From an uncultured bacterium (GTDB lineage: Bacteria > Lernaellota > Lernaellaia > Lernaellales > Lernaellaceae): a stretch of 60,441 nucleotides of DNA. The notes beneath the pieces are model-generated. The model was not told the DNA's origin. It saw nothing but the letters and a program-made list of their open reading frames with translations, and ran no database searches. A program made the translations under genes and the position numbers. The stretch covers positions 19,120 to 79,560 of the forward strand of contig CAZHPN010000004.1 of the NCBI GenBank assembly GCA_964534375.1, given 5' to 3'. The stretch's first letter is position 1. The number at the start of each line of letters is the position of its first letter. Below are positions 1-9,425 of the stretch, one piece after another.

Positions 1-174
1 GTCTTGCAAGGACTCATTCTGGCCAAACGCCGGCTGTGGCTGAAGGTGCTCTCCGACGGGATCCTCGACACCGCGCTCGGCCTGCAACAAGCGCTCGAAC
101 TCAATAACCGCGTCGTGCTGTTCTTCGATCGGGCGATTTACTACACCGCGGCCGGCTACGAAGGGAAAGCCTGA
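1..174 (+). CDS. 3' end of a conserved hypothetical protein (partial)
   Basis: Frame 1 is open from the window edge to TGA at 172-174: VLQGLILAKRRLWLKVLSDGILDTALGLQQALELNNRVVLFFDRAIYYTAAGYEGKA, with GC-rich third codon positions. Confidence 0.75.
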   Translation, partial: VLQGLILAKRRLWLKVLSDGILDTALGLQQALELNNRVVLFFDRAIYYTAAGYEGKA

Positions 175-178
175 CGGC

Positions 179-393
179 AAGGAACAAGGAACAAGGAAAA
201 AGGAAAAAATAATGGCCGCATCGGCCTTTCAAGTAGGATTTCCCGCATCGCCGCGTGAGCCTAGCACCTGCCTCTAGTCCGCGCGCGACCAGATTCGTGG
301 GAAACTGCATACGCTCCGTCCCTTTGACCGACGATTTTTTCCTTGTTCGTTATTCCTTGTTCCTTTTGCGTTTTTTCCTTTTTCCTTTTTCCT
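179..393. repeat. Inverted heptamer repeat element (AAGGAAC/AAGGAAA arms)
   Basis: AAGGAAC x2 plus AAGGAAA x2 at 179-206; complementary TTCCTTG/TTCCTTT arrays at about 335-393. Confidence 0.8.
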
Positions 394-462
394 CCACTTG
401 TGCTTTAATCCGCCGGTTTTCCACGCAGCCGAACCTGCACGCCGACGAATCGAGGAACGCGA

Positions 463-1605
463 ATGGACTGGAATCTCACGGACGATCAACGCCTGATTGT
501 GGACATGGTGCATTCATTTGCCGAAAAGGAGTTGAAGCCACGGGCCGCGGAGTTGGACCGCACCGGCGAATTTCCACTGGCGACGATGCAACGCCTCGCC
601 GACCTCGGGCTGATGGGCATGAACGTGCCCGCGGCGTACGGCGGCAGCGAGGCCGGCCCGGTCGCGCTGTCGCTCGCGTTGACCGAAGCCGCACGGGGCT
701 GCGCCTCGACGGCGGTGACGATGAGCGTGACCAACATGGTCGGCGAAGCGATCGTCAAATTCGGCGTCGAAGAGCAGAAGCGGCGGCTCCTGCCGCGGCT
801 GAATTCCGGCCCGTTCCCGATCGGCTCGTTTGCGCTCACCGAATCGTCCTCCGGCTCCGACGCCGCGTCGCTGAAGACGCGCGCCGTCCTGCAAGGCGAC
901 GAATGGGTGGTCAACGGCAGCAAGATCTTCATCTCGCACGGCGCGTATGCGTCGGTGATGGTCGTCTGGGTGCGCACCGGCGACGCGCCGGGCGCCGACG
1001 GCATCAGCGCGCTGCTCGTCGAACGCGACACCCCCGGCCTGATCATCGGCAAACACGAAGACAAGATGGGCCTGCGGGGCTCGAACACCGTTTCGCTGGC
1101 GTTCGAAGACTGCCGCGTGCCCCGCGCGAATTTGCTGGGCCGCCCCGGCGAGGGCTTCAAGATCGCGATGATGGCGCTCGACGGCGGGCGCATCGGCATC
1201 GGCAGCCAGGCGATCGGCATCGGCCGCGCGGCGCTGGAAGCGGCGGTCGACTACGCCAAGGTCCGCGAGCAGTTCGGCCAGCCGATCGGCCGGCTCGGCG
1301 CGATTCAGGACAAGATCGCCGATATGGCCACGCAGCTCGAAGCGGCGCGGGCCCTGACGCTGCGCGCCGCGTGGCTCAAGGAAACGGGCCAGCGGTTCGG
1401 CCGCGAGGCGTCGATGGCCAAGCTGTATGCGTCCGAGGCCCTGCAGCGCATCGTCAAGGAAGCCGTGCAAATCCACGGCGGCTACGGCTATGTAAAGGAT
1501 TACGTGGTCGAGCGGCTGTTCCGCGACGCGCGCGTGGCGACGATTTACGAGGGCACGAGCGAGATTCAGCGGCTGGTGATCGCGAGAGAATTGCTGAGAG
1601 ACTGA
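463..1605 (+). CDS. Acyl-CoA dehydrogenase (short/branched-chain type)
   Basis: FALTESSSGSDA, VNGSKIFIS, KMGLRGSNT, QIHGGYGY and IYEGTSEIQR motifs; RBS GAGG upstream. Confidence 0.95.
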   Translation: MDWNLTDDQRLIVDMVHSFAEKELKPRAAELDRTGEFPLATMQRLADLGLMGMNVPAAYGGSEAGPVALSLALTEAARGCASTAVTMSVTNMVGEAIVKFGVEEQKRRLLPRLNSGPFPIGSFALTESSSGSDAASLKTRAVLQGDEWVVNGSKIFISHGAYASVMVVWVRTGDAPGADGISALLVERDTPGLIIGKHEDKMGLRGSNTVSLAFEDCRVPRANLLGRPGEGFKIAMMALDGGRIGIGSQAIGIGRAALEAAVDYAKVREQFGQPIGRLGAIQDKIADMATQLEAARALTLRAAWLKETGQRFGREASMAKLYASEALQRIVKEAVQIHGGYGYVKDYVVERLFRDARVATIYEGTSEIQRLVIARELLRD

Positions 1606-1608
1606 TCG

Positions 1609-1673
1609 GCAGAGGCGATGCTTGTCATCGCCCGCGCATCCAGAGGGCGAACGCAAGGTTCGCCCCTGCATCC
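1609..1673. repeat. REP-like double hairpin between convergent genes (probable terminator)
   Basis: GGCGATG-N5-CATCGCC (1614-1632) and GGGCGAAC-N5-GTTCGCCC (1645-1665), both preceded by CAGAG and followed by GCATCC. Confidence 0.55.
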
Positions 1674-1675
1674 AG

Positions 1676-3505
1676 TCACTCCTCCGCCGGATACAGCGCG
1701 TCAATGACCGCGGAATATTTCTCGGCGACGACGCGGCGTTTGACTTTCATCGACGGGGTCAACTCGCCGGTCGCCTCGGAAAACTCGTGGTCGATCACCG
1801 CGAATTTTTTGATCTGCTCGTAGCGGGCAAATTCGGCGTTGACCGCGGCCATGCACTCTTCCAGCAACTTGCGGACGTCGGGCGACGCGGCGATTTCGGC
1901 GTCGGTTTCGAGCGCCAGGCCCTTGTCCTTCGCCCATTGCCGCACGGCGTCGAAATTCGGGCAGACGAGCGCGGCGATGTACTTGCGCCGGTCGCCGATC
2001 GCCACGACGCGTTCGATGTAGCGCTCGGTGTTGAACGCCGACTCGATCGCCAGCGGCGCGATGTTCTTGCCGCCGGCCGTGACGATCAATTCTTTTTTGC
2101 GGTCGGTGATCGTCAGGTAGCCGTCGGCGTCGATGGTCCCGATGTCGCCGGTGTGGAACCAGCCTTCCTTATCGATCGCCTCGGCGGTCGCCTCCGGGTC
2201 GTTGTAATAGCCCTTCATCAGGTTTTTGCCGCGGATGAGAATTTCGCCGTCCAGCGCGAGCTTTTCTTCGACGCCGGCGATGGCCGGGCCGACCGTGCCG
2301 AGCTTGTTTTTCCCGGGCGGATTGACGTTGGCGACCGGGCTCGTCTCGGTCAGGCCGTAGCCCTGGAAGATGTCGATGCCGAGGCTTTGGAAGAAATAGC
2401 ACAATTCCGTGCTGGTCGGCCCGCCGCCGGCGTAGGCGACGCGCACGCGGTCGAGGCCGGCCTGCTGGCGCACCTTCATCAATATCAATTTGGCCAGTTC
2501 GTATTTCGCGAGCAGCGTCAACGGAATCCGCCGGCGCTCGTTTTTCAGATCGAACACCTGCTTGCCGACGTCGAGCGCGGCCTGAAAAATCTTCTGCGCC
2601 CGCTCCGGCCGCTGCCCGACGACCCGCCGCACCTCGACGTACAACTTCTCGAACAGGCGCGGCACGCTCATCAGGATGGTGGGGCGGACCGTGCGCAGCG
2701 CGTGGCGGATTTGCTCGGCGCCGATGCCGTCGGCGATCGCCAGCGTCGCGCCGACCTCCGCCGTGGCCAGCAGGTCGGCGGTCATGCCGAACGAATGGCA
2801 GAACGGCAGGTGATTCAAAAACACGTCGCGATAGTTGATGTTGAATGTCTTGAGCATCACGCGCTGGCTGAGAAAATTGCCGTTGGTCAGCATCACGCCT
2901 TTGGGCCGGCCCGTAGTGCCCGAAGTGTAGATGATCGCCGCCACGTCGTCGCCGGCGATCGTGCGCGCGCGCTCGAAAAGCGCCGGCAGCTCCAACCGCC
3001 CCGCGGCCGCCGCCAGCAGGCTGTCGTAGGTCCCCAGGCGGTCGTGCACGAGATCGGGGACCGCATCCATCACGAAAATCTTCTTCAGTTCGGGCAGTTC
3101 GTCGATGATCGCGAGCGTTTTCCGGGCTTGCTCGAGCGTGTCGACGACGACGTATTTCGCCCCCGAGTCGCGCAAAACAAAGGCCGCCTCGGCCGCGGTC
3201 AGCGTCGGATACACCGGCACGGCGACGATGTTCGACAAGAGCAGGCTGGTGTACGAGTGCACCCACCGCGGGCGGTTCTTGCCGAAGATCGCCACTTTCT
3301 CCTGCGGCTTGACGCCGAGGATGTGCCACGCCATCGCCAGGTGTTCCGCCTCGTTCGCCTCGTGGCGAAACGTGGTTGTCTGCCAGTCGGCCGCGCGCCG
3401 GCCGTCGCCCCAAAGCGAGACCAGGTGCGGCCGATCGCCGTGCGTCTTAAGCCGGTTGAACGCGATCGCCGCGACCGATTTTTCTTCGAACGTCGGGAAA
3501 TCCAT
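1676..3505 (-). CDS. Long-chain fatty acid--CoA ligase (AMP-dependent synthetase)
   Basis: YTSGTTGRPKG AMP-binding motif, GYGLTET, GWFHTGD, DRKKELIVTAGGKNIAP; start placed at MDFPTF (3505). Confidence 0.93.
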   Translation of the reverse strand: MDFPTFEEKSVAAIAFNRLKTHGDRPHLVSLWGDGRRAADWQTTTFRHEANEAEHLAMAWHILGVKPQEKVAIFGKNRPRWVHSYTSLLLSNIVAVPVYPTLTAAEAAFVLRDSGAKYVVVDTLEQARKTLAIIDELPELKKIFVMDAVPDLVHDRLGTYDSLLAAAAGRLELPALFERARTIAGDDVAAIIYTSGTTGRPKGVMLTNGNFLSQRVMLKTFNINYRDVFLNHLPFCHSFGMTADLLATAEVGATLAIADGIGAEQIRHALRTVRPTILMSVPRLFEKLYVEVRRVVGQRPERAQKIFQAALDVGKQVFDLKNERRRIPLTLLAKYELAKLILMKVRQQAGLDRVRVAYAGGGPTSTELCYFFQSLGIDIFQGYGLTETSPVANVNPPGKNKLGTVGPAIAGVEEKLALDGEILIRGKNLMKGYYNDPEATAEAIDKEGWFHTGDIGTIDADGYLTITDRKKELIVTAGGKNIAPLAIESAFNTERYIERVVAIGDRRKYIAALVCPNFDAVRQWAKDKGLALETDAEIAASPDVRKLLEECMAAVNAEFARYEQIKKFAVIDHEFSEATGELTPSMKVKRRVVAEKYSAVIDALYPAEE

Positions 3506-3717
3506 CGTGTGGTCCGCCTTTCGATCCGAACCGGCCGGGCGGCGCGAGACGCCTCGCGAGCCGGCGGTCCCAGGAATGGCAAGTTTTTTCCAACGGAGAC
3601 GGGTGTGATAATAACTGGCCCGGCCGCGGATTACAAGCGCCCGGCGGCGCCTTTCCGCTTGCGCCGGGCCGGGCCATGACATACAAATACCGGGCGGGAA
3701 CGCGCGGAGGCGGCCGG

Positions 3718-4410
3718 ATGCACGCAGCGAGAATCGTCCTTTGTCTGACCGCGCTGGCGGTCGTGGGCGCCGCCGGCGCGGCGCGCGCGGCGGAGCATGT
3801 GGTCATCGACACGCTGGTCGCCACGGTGGACAACGAAACGCTCAGCATCCAGCAACTGCACGTTGAAGCGGAGATCATCGCCCGCACGGGCATCTGGTTC
3901 GCGTTCGAGACGCCGCCGGCGCAGATCGGCGAAAAGGCGGTTTTCGAGGAAACGCTGTCGCGCGTGCTGCTTTACTACCAGGCGCGAAAAATGGGCTTCG
4001 GCGACGTGGCGCCCAGTTACGTGCAAGACGCGTTGGGCGCTTTCCGCGACACGTTCGGCAACGACGATGCGTATCGCAAGTGGCTGACCGAAAACCAGAT
4101 CGCCGACGACAATTTCCCCGTCGGCGGCCCGGCGCAGAAGGATTTCTACCCGCTGGCCAAGCATTTTCTCCGGCAAATCGTCATCGACCAGTATCTCGAC
4201 AAGAAGATCAACGTCCAGGTCAAGATCGGCCTGCCCGCGTATATTAGCGAAAATGAAAGCCGCCTGAAGAAGGCGCATCCGAACGCGAGCCAGGATGAAC
4301 TGGAACAAATCGCACACCGCGAATTCTATGTCCACCGCCTGCGCGAACTCGTCGCCGACCTGCGCAAATCCGCGAAGGTGGCGATTCTGAGCGACCGGGT
4401 GGCGCCGTGA
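3718..4410 (+). CDS. Secreted SurA N-terminal-like chaperone protein
   Basis: Signal peptide followed by IDTLVATVDNETLS and a C-terminal LRELVADLRKSAKVAI, the SurA/PrsA chaperone pattern; no PPIase domain seen; GGAGG RBS. Confidence 0.6.
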   Translation: MHAARIVLCLTALAVVGAAGAARAAEHVVIDTLVATVDNETLSIQQLHVEAEIIARTGIWFAFETPPAQIGEKAVFEETLSRVLLYYQARKMGFGDVAPSYVQDALGAFRDTFGNDDAYRKWLTENQIADDNFPVGGPAQKDFYPLAKHFLRQIVIDQYLDKKINVQVKIGLPAYISENESRLKKAHPNASQDELEQIAHREFYVHRLRELVADLRKSAKVAILSDRVAP

Positions 4411-4416
4411 CGCGCC

Positions 4417-4446
4417 TTGACGCGCGCGGCGCGGCGATGCTAGCAT
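4417..4446 (+). promoter_or_regulatory. Putative sigma-70 promoter
   Basis: TTGACG-N18-TAGCAT with TG extension. Confidence 0.4.
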
Positions 4447-4487
4447 CCGGCAAATTTTACGCCCGGCGCGAATATGGGAGAAAGCTT

Positions 4488-5549
4488 TTGTGTTTCCATA
4501 AGTTATGTGTCTTCTTGATCGTCGCCGCGGCGCTCGGACTGGCGGCGTGCAGCCGTGGCTTGCCGCCGCCGCCGCCCGAGGAGCCGGTCTGCCCGGATAA
4601 TATCCAGGACCCTGTTTTCGAGAATGGGTACCGTTCCGTGATGGGCGTGGGCGACGGCGCGTACGCGGCGCTCTACTTGTTTCTTCAGCAACCGGGGCGA
4701 TTCAATGTCGTCGCGGCGCTGAACGGCCCGACCGAATCCACGGCGCTGACGACATCGCCCCATCCCAGTTCGGTTGCCTCGGGCCTGCTGATCAATAATT
4801 GGTTCGACTACGATCCGGCGACTGCCGCCGCGACGGCGGCGCTGGATCTGCTGCCGAGCTACGCTCAGAGCATCTACCTCGACGAATTGCAGGGCGATCC
4901 GGCGGCGGTCAACGCGCCGATCGAAGCGCTGGCCGCCGTTTTGAAAGGCCGGCTCGGAAAGCAATCGGCGACCCGCATTGCCAACAACTGTCTCGTCAGT
5001 CAGCTCCAGCGATATGACGTGCACGATTGGGACACGCCGGCGCTCACCTACCCGCTGTGGTGGCCGTGGAAATACCTGCTGTTCGATCTGCCGGGCGTCA
5101 GCGGGGATTTCTGGGGCGCCGGCGAGGCGCCGCTGACCGAAGGGCGCCTCAGCCAGGCGTTGCGGTTTATCTCCTTGCGCATGCCTAACGGCCATTACCA
5201 GGCCGGCTACGAGAACCCGGGGGCATGGCAGGTGCGCACGTATTACAGCCTGACCACGGGCGGCTACGTGCAATACGGCATCGGCTTCCCGGCGGGCTAC
5301 TTCGACCAGGTCAGCAGTTGGAAGACGTATCCGGTGATTTACTTTTTCCACGATCGCGACGGAACGCTTGACGACGCCGCCGTGGTTTACGCGCGCGAAG
5401 CGGATCTCGAACAGCGGATGCTCGTCAAGCAGTCGCTGCTGATCGTCTTCGACCAGGTCGTCGGCGACTATGACGCGTTGGTCGAAGAGCTGATCGCGTA
5501 CGTCGAAGCGAATTACCGCGTGCAGTACGAGGTCAACAATCGCCAGTGA
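4488..5549 (+). CDS. Lipoprotein with a degenerate esterase-like (alpha/beta hydrolase) domain
   Basis: Lipobox LGLAAC; esterase-family segments YRSVMGVGDGAYAAL...PGRFNVVAALNG and YGIGFPAGY...YPVIYFFH. TTG start chosen after GGAG; start uncertain. Confidence 0.6.
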   Translation: MCFHKLCVFLIVAAALGLAACSRGLPPPPPEEPVCPDNIQDPVFENGYRSVMGVGDGAYAALYLFLQQPGRFNVVAALNGPTESTALTTSPHPSSVASGLLINNWFDYDPATAAATAALDLLPSYAQSIYLDELQGDPAAVNAPIEALAAVLKGRLGKQSATRIANNCLVSQLQRYDVHDWDTPALTYPLWWPWKYLLFDLPGVSGDFWGAGEAPLTEGRLSQALRFISLRMPNGHYQAGYENPGAWQVRTYYSLTTGGYVQYGIGFPAGYFDQVSSWKTYPVIYFFHDRDGTLDDAAVVYAREADLEQRMLVKQSLLIVFDQVVGDYDALVEELIAYVEANYRVQYEVNNRQ

Positions 5550-5601
5550 GCAACAACCGGATTGGGACGGCGCGATCCTCGACGACGTCCGCGCCGGCGA
5601 C

Positions 5602-6027
5602 ATGCCGGCCGTCGCCGCGCTGGAGCAGGCCTGTTTCACGACGGCGTGGCGCCGCGAAAGCTTCCAGGACTCGCTGACCCGCCCCTTCACCTTTTTTCTG
5701 GCGCTGCGGGAAGACGACGAACTGGTCGGCTACGCGCTTTCGTGGCTGCTCGCCGATGAACTGCACCTGCTGAAAATCGCCGTCCGGGCCGATTGCCGCC
5801 GGCGCGGCTACGGGTCGCGGTTGCTCGAGGAAACCGCGCAGCGCGCCGTGGCGGCGGGCGCCACGATGATCTGGCTGGAAGTGCGGCCGTCCAACGACGC
5901 CGGGCTCGCGCTCTACGAGCGCCACGGCTTCAAGCACGCTTACACCCGGCGCAAGTATTTCACCGACACCAACGAGGACGCGCTGATCTTCGTGCGCAAA
6001 CTGCGCGAACCGGGGGCGGCGTCGTGA
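5602..6027 (+). CDS. rimI: Ribosomal protein S18 alanine N-acetyltransferase
   Basis: ELHLLKIAV..RRRGYG, IWLEVRPSN, GFKHAYTRRKYF...EDALI; the true start may lie upstream. Confidence 0.9.
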   Translation: MPAVAALEQACFTTAWRRESFQDSLTRPFTFFLALREDDELVGYALSWLLADELHLLKIAVRADCRRRGYGSRLLEETAQRAVAAGATMIWLEVRPSNDAGLALYERHGFKHAYTRRKYFTDTNEDALIFVRKLREPGAAS

Positions 6028-6845
6028 GCGACTACCTGCTGCAACGCCTTGCGCCCGTCGTCGCCAACGAGCGGCTCAACGAAAAATATTGCCGCGTGAC
6101 CGTCTCCTGCGGGCCGATCGCGTCGCGCTCCCGCCCGGGCCAGTTCGTCACGGTGCGCGTCGCCGCCGGCGGCCCGACGCTGCTGCGCCGGCCGTTTTCG
6201 ATCCATCGCGTCGTCGCCGACGGCCTGCAACTGCTGGTCAAACTCGTCGGCCCGGCGACCGAGGAACTCGCGAAAATCCGGCCCGGCCGCATGCTCGACG
6301 TGTTGGGCCCGCTGGGCGACGGCGTGTTTGCGGTCGCGCCCGAGCGGCCGCGGGTGCTGCTCGTCGCCGGCGGGGTCGGCGTCGCCCCCCTCCTTTTTCT
6401 CGCGGACAAAATGCAGGGCGGACGGCACTGGCCGCCGACGCTGATCTTCGGCGGCGCGACCGCGCTCGATCTGCCGACGCGCGAACAATTCGCCGAACTC
6501 GGCGTGCCGGTGCGCGCGGCGACGATGGACGGCTCGCTCGGCCGCCGCGGCCCCGTCACCGACGAACTCACGGCCGCGCTCGACGAACGCGACCCGCGCC
6601 AATGCCAGGCGCTCGCCTGCGGCCCGACGCCGATGCTGCGCGCCGTCGCGGAAATCTGCGCCGCGCGCGGCGTCCCCTGCCGGGTCAGCCTGGAGAGCCT
6701 GATGGCCTGCGGCGTCGGCTCGTGCCGCGGCTGCGTTGTGCCGGTTAGGCAAGATCCGACCGGCCACGGCATTCCGTACACGCGGGTCTGCCACGAAGGC
6801 CCGGTCTGCGCGGCGGAAGACCTGGCGTGGGAGCAAATGGAATGA
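6024..6845 (+). CDS. pyrK: Dihydroorotate dehydrogenase electron transfer subunit
   Basis: PGQFV, LLRRPFS, AGGVGVAP, and the [2Fe-2S] motif MACGVGSCRGC...VCHEGP; GTG overlaps the rimI stop. Confidence 0.92.
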   Translation: MSDYLLQRLAPVVANERLNEKYCRVTVSCGPIASRSRPGQFVTVRVAAGGPTLLRRPFSIHRVVADGLQLLVKLVGPATEELAKIRPGRMLDVLGPLGDGVFAVAPERPRVLLVAGGVGVAPLLFLADKMQGGRHWPPTLIFGGATALDLPTREQFAELGVPVRAATMDGSLGRRGPVTDELTAALDERDPRQCQALACGPTPMLRAVAEICAARGVPCRVSLESLMACGVGSCRGCVVPVRQDPTGHGIPYTRVCHEGPVCAAEDLAWEQME

Positions 6846-7765
6846 GCGCGCCCGATCTGGCGGTCGATCTCGGCCGCGGTCTCTTGCTCAAAACCCCGGT
6901 GCTGGCCGCCTCGGGCACGTACGGCTACGGATTGGAGTATGAAGGCCTGGCCGACCTCGCCGCGGTCGGCGCCATCGTCGTCAAGGGCCTGTCGCCGAAG
7001 CCGCGCGCCGGCAACAAGCCCCCGCGGATTTGCGAGACCGCGGCGGGGATGCTCAATTCGATCGGCCTGGAGAACCCGGGCGTCGAGGCCTTCCTTAGCG
7101 AGACCTGCCCGCGCCTGGCCGACCTCGGCGCAACGATCGTCGCCAACGTCTACGGCGAAACCGAAGACGATTACGTTTTTGTCGTCGAACGGCTCTCGGC
7201 GCCCGACGCCGCGGCGGTCGCCGGCCTGGAATTGAACGTCAGTTGCCCGAACGTCAAAGCCGGCGGCGTCGCCTTCGGCGCCGACCCGGACGTGCTCGGC
7301 CGCCTCGTTGCGCGCGTCCGCGCCGCGACCGGCAAGCACCTGATGGTCAAGCTGACGCCGAACGTGACCGACCTCGCCGCCCTCGCCCGCGTCGCGGCGG
7401 CGGCCGGCGCCGATTCGCTCTCGGCGGTCAACACGCTGCTGGGTCTGGCGATCGACCTGAAGACGCGGCGGCCGAAGCTCGGCAACGTCACCGGCGGCCT
7501 GAGCGGCCCGGCGATCAAACCGGTAGCCCTGCGGATGGCCTGGCAGGCCGCGCGCGCCGTCGGCATCCCGGTGGTCGGCATCGGCGGGATCATGACCGGC
7601 GAAGACGCGCTGGAGTATCTCTGCGTCGGCTGCCGCGCGGTGCAGGTCGGCACGGCGAATTTCGTCGATCCGCGTTCGCCCGTGCGCGTGGCCGAGGAAA
7701 TCAAAGATTGGCTGGAAAAAAACGGCACGGACTTGGCGGCCGTGATCGGATCTTTGCGATCGTAA
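6842..7765 (+). CDS. pyrD: Dihydroorotate dehydrogenase catalytic subunit (class 1B)
   Basis: ASGTYGYG, MLNSIGLENPG, ELNVSCPNV, VKLTPNVTD, GGLSGPAIKP. Confidence 0.95.
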   Translation: MSAPDLAVDLGRGLLLKTPVLAASGTYGYGLEYEGLADLAAVGAIVVKGLSPKPRAGNKPPRICETAAGMLNSIGLENPGVEAFLSETCPRLADLGATIVANVYGETEDDYVFVVERLSAPDAAAVAGLELNVSCPNVKAGGVAFGADPDVLGRLVARVRAATGKHLMVKLTPNVTDLAALARVAAAAGADSLSAVNTLLGLAIDLKTRRPKLGNVTGGLSGPAIKPVALRMAWQAARAVGIPVVGIGGIMTGEDALEYLCVGCRAVQVGTANFVDPRSPVRVAEEIKDWLEKNGTDLAAVIGSLRS

Positions 7766-7798
7766 CCGCGCTCAACGCGATGGGGGGAATGTTTTTCT

Positions 7799-7896
7799 AT
7801 CCATAGATTGCACAAATTATACAGATAATTTCGGGAAGAAATAAGAACTTATTATCATAATCTGCGAAATCTGTGCAATCTGTGCAATCTGTGGAT
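7799..7896. repeat. Inverted nonamer repeat (AATCTGTGC) element
   Basis: AATCTGCGA AATCTGTGC AATCTGTGC AATCTGTGG on the right arm, an imperfect complement on the left, and an AT-rich centre; lies between convergent genes. Confidence 0.75.
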
Positions 7897-7913
7897 GAAA
7901 AGACCTCCCATCC

Positions 7914-9425
7914 TCATTTCATCAACACTTCCAGCAGCTCTTCCGTCAAATGTTGCGGGCCGCGGGCGCCGGCGTTGCCTTTGTAGTCGTTGATCAGCGC
8001 CGAGAACGCGTACATCTCGCCGCGGGCGTCGTAGCAGTAGCCGCCGAGGCCGACGACGTTGTTGATGAAGCCCGTTTTGGCGCGGACGCGCCCGAGGAGC
8101 GGACTCTTGCGGAAGCGATGGCGCAACGTGCCGTCGACGCCGGCGATCGCCTGCGCGTCGAGGTACTCGGGGAAGAGACGCGGGTTTTTCGCCATCCACA
8201 CGAGCACGCCGACCATGCTCGCCGCGGTCTGCTTGTTCTCGCGCGCCAGGCCCGAACCGTCGACGACCACGACGCCGTCGCGCCAGAGGTTTTCCTGCTT
8301 CAGCCAATCGACGACCGCCGCGGCCCCGTTCTCGCGGCTGCCCGGCGGGCCGAATTTCACCGCGCCGAGCGTACGCAGAATCTGTTCGGCCGTGAAATTA
8401 TTGGAGAAGCGATAGAGTTCGCGCAGAATCTGCGACAGTTCCGGGCTCTCGTGTTCGCACAGGAATGGCGCCTGCGACGGCGTTTTGCCGCCGACCGACG
8501 CGCCGTCGACCTCGATTCCCTCTTTGCGCAGCAGGTTCCGAAATACGCCCAGCGAAAAGGTCAGCGGGTCGCCGATCGCCTGCCGCGCCGGGTCGGGAGC
8601 CGTGTCGAGGCCGACGAAGCCGCCGATCGTCGCCGATTGGTCGTTGTACGCGAGCGTCGTGTGGTTCACGCGGCCGGCGACGGTCTGCACCGAACCGCCG
8701 ACGCTCAGGCCGTCCGGCTGCGGGTCGAGTTCGACCGTCGCCGGCGCGCCGATTTTCGGCCCCGGCCGCACCCAGAAAAAGACCGTGTTGAAATTCATCG
8801 AGAGCGCGCCGAGCGGCGCCTTGTAGGCGTGAAAATTCTGCGGGCCCCATTCGCGGTAGTAGCGCGTCGAGTCATGGAACGAATCGTCGCCGACCAAGCT
8901 GCCGGCCACCCGCCGCACGCCAAGCAGGTGCAGGTTGTGCGCCAGCGCCCAGGCTTGCTCCTGCACGAGCAGAGGGTCGCCGCCGCCGACCAGGTACAGG
9001 TTGCCGTGAATGACGCCGCGGCCGTCGGGGCGGCTGTCGGCGAAGACGCGCGTCTTGAAGCGATAGGTCGGCCCGAGGACGGCGAACGCCGCGGCGCCGG
9101 TGATCAGCTTGTTGGTGCTCGCCGGACTGCACGCGACGTCGGGGTCGCGCTCGAAAACCCGCTTGCCGCTGGCCAGGTGCTGCACGAGGAAGCTCGCCCG
9201 CGCGCCGCGCAACAGCGGATCGTTGACGATCTTCTCGGCCTGCGCGAGCTTCTCCGCGGAAAACGCCGGCCCGTCGCTTGTGGGGGCCGCGGGGGCTTCC
9301 GCGGACGCCGGCGCCGGCGTCGGCGCGACGGATCGCCGCGCCGCCGGCGGCCGTCGCGCGGCAAAGACGGCCGTCGTCAACGCCAAGAAAATCAAACTCG
9401 CTGCAAGCAAAAAGCGATGGCGCAT
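7914..9425 (-). CDS. dacB: D-alanyl-D-alanine carboxypeptidase/endopeptidase (PBP4, peptidase S13)
   Basis: PASTNK (SxxK), SNN (SxN), DGSGL and KTG motifs; signal peptide. Confidence 0.93.
   Translation of the reverse strand: MRHRFLLAASLIFLALTTAVFAARRPPAARRSVAPTPAPASAEAPAAPTSDGPAFSAEKLAQAEKIVNDPLLRGARASFLVQHLASGKRVFERDPDVACSPASTNKLITGAAAFAVLGPTYRFKTRVFADSRPDGRGVIHGNLYLVGGGDPLLVQEQAWALAHNLHLLGVRRVAGSLVGDDSFHDSTRYYREWGPQNFHAYKAPLGALSMNFNTVFFWVRPGPKIGAPATVELDPQPDGLSVGGSVQTVAGRVNHTTLAYNDQSATIGGFVGLDTAPDPARQAIGDPLTFSLGVFRNLLRKEGIEVDGASVGGKTPSQAPFLCEHESPELSQILRELYRFSNNFTAEQILRTLGAVKFGPPGSRENGAAAVVDWLKQENLWRDGVVVVDGSGLARENKQTAASMVGVLVWMAKNPRLFPEYLDAQAIAGVDGTLRHRFRKSPLLGRVRAKTGFINNVVGLGGYCYDARGEMYAFSALINDYKGNAGARGPQHLTEELLEVLMK

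Noticed and set aside
255..3679. Long overlapping alternative-frame or antisense ORFs (e.g. 255..1823, 1622..3679, and similar throughout such as 34924..37200, 37216..39462)
   Set aside because: Shadow ORFs expected in high-GC DNA; they are Arg/Ala/Pro-rich or mirror well-supported genes.
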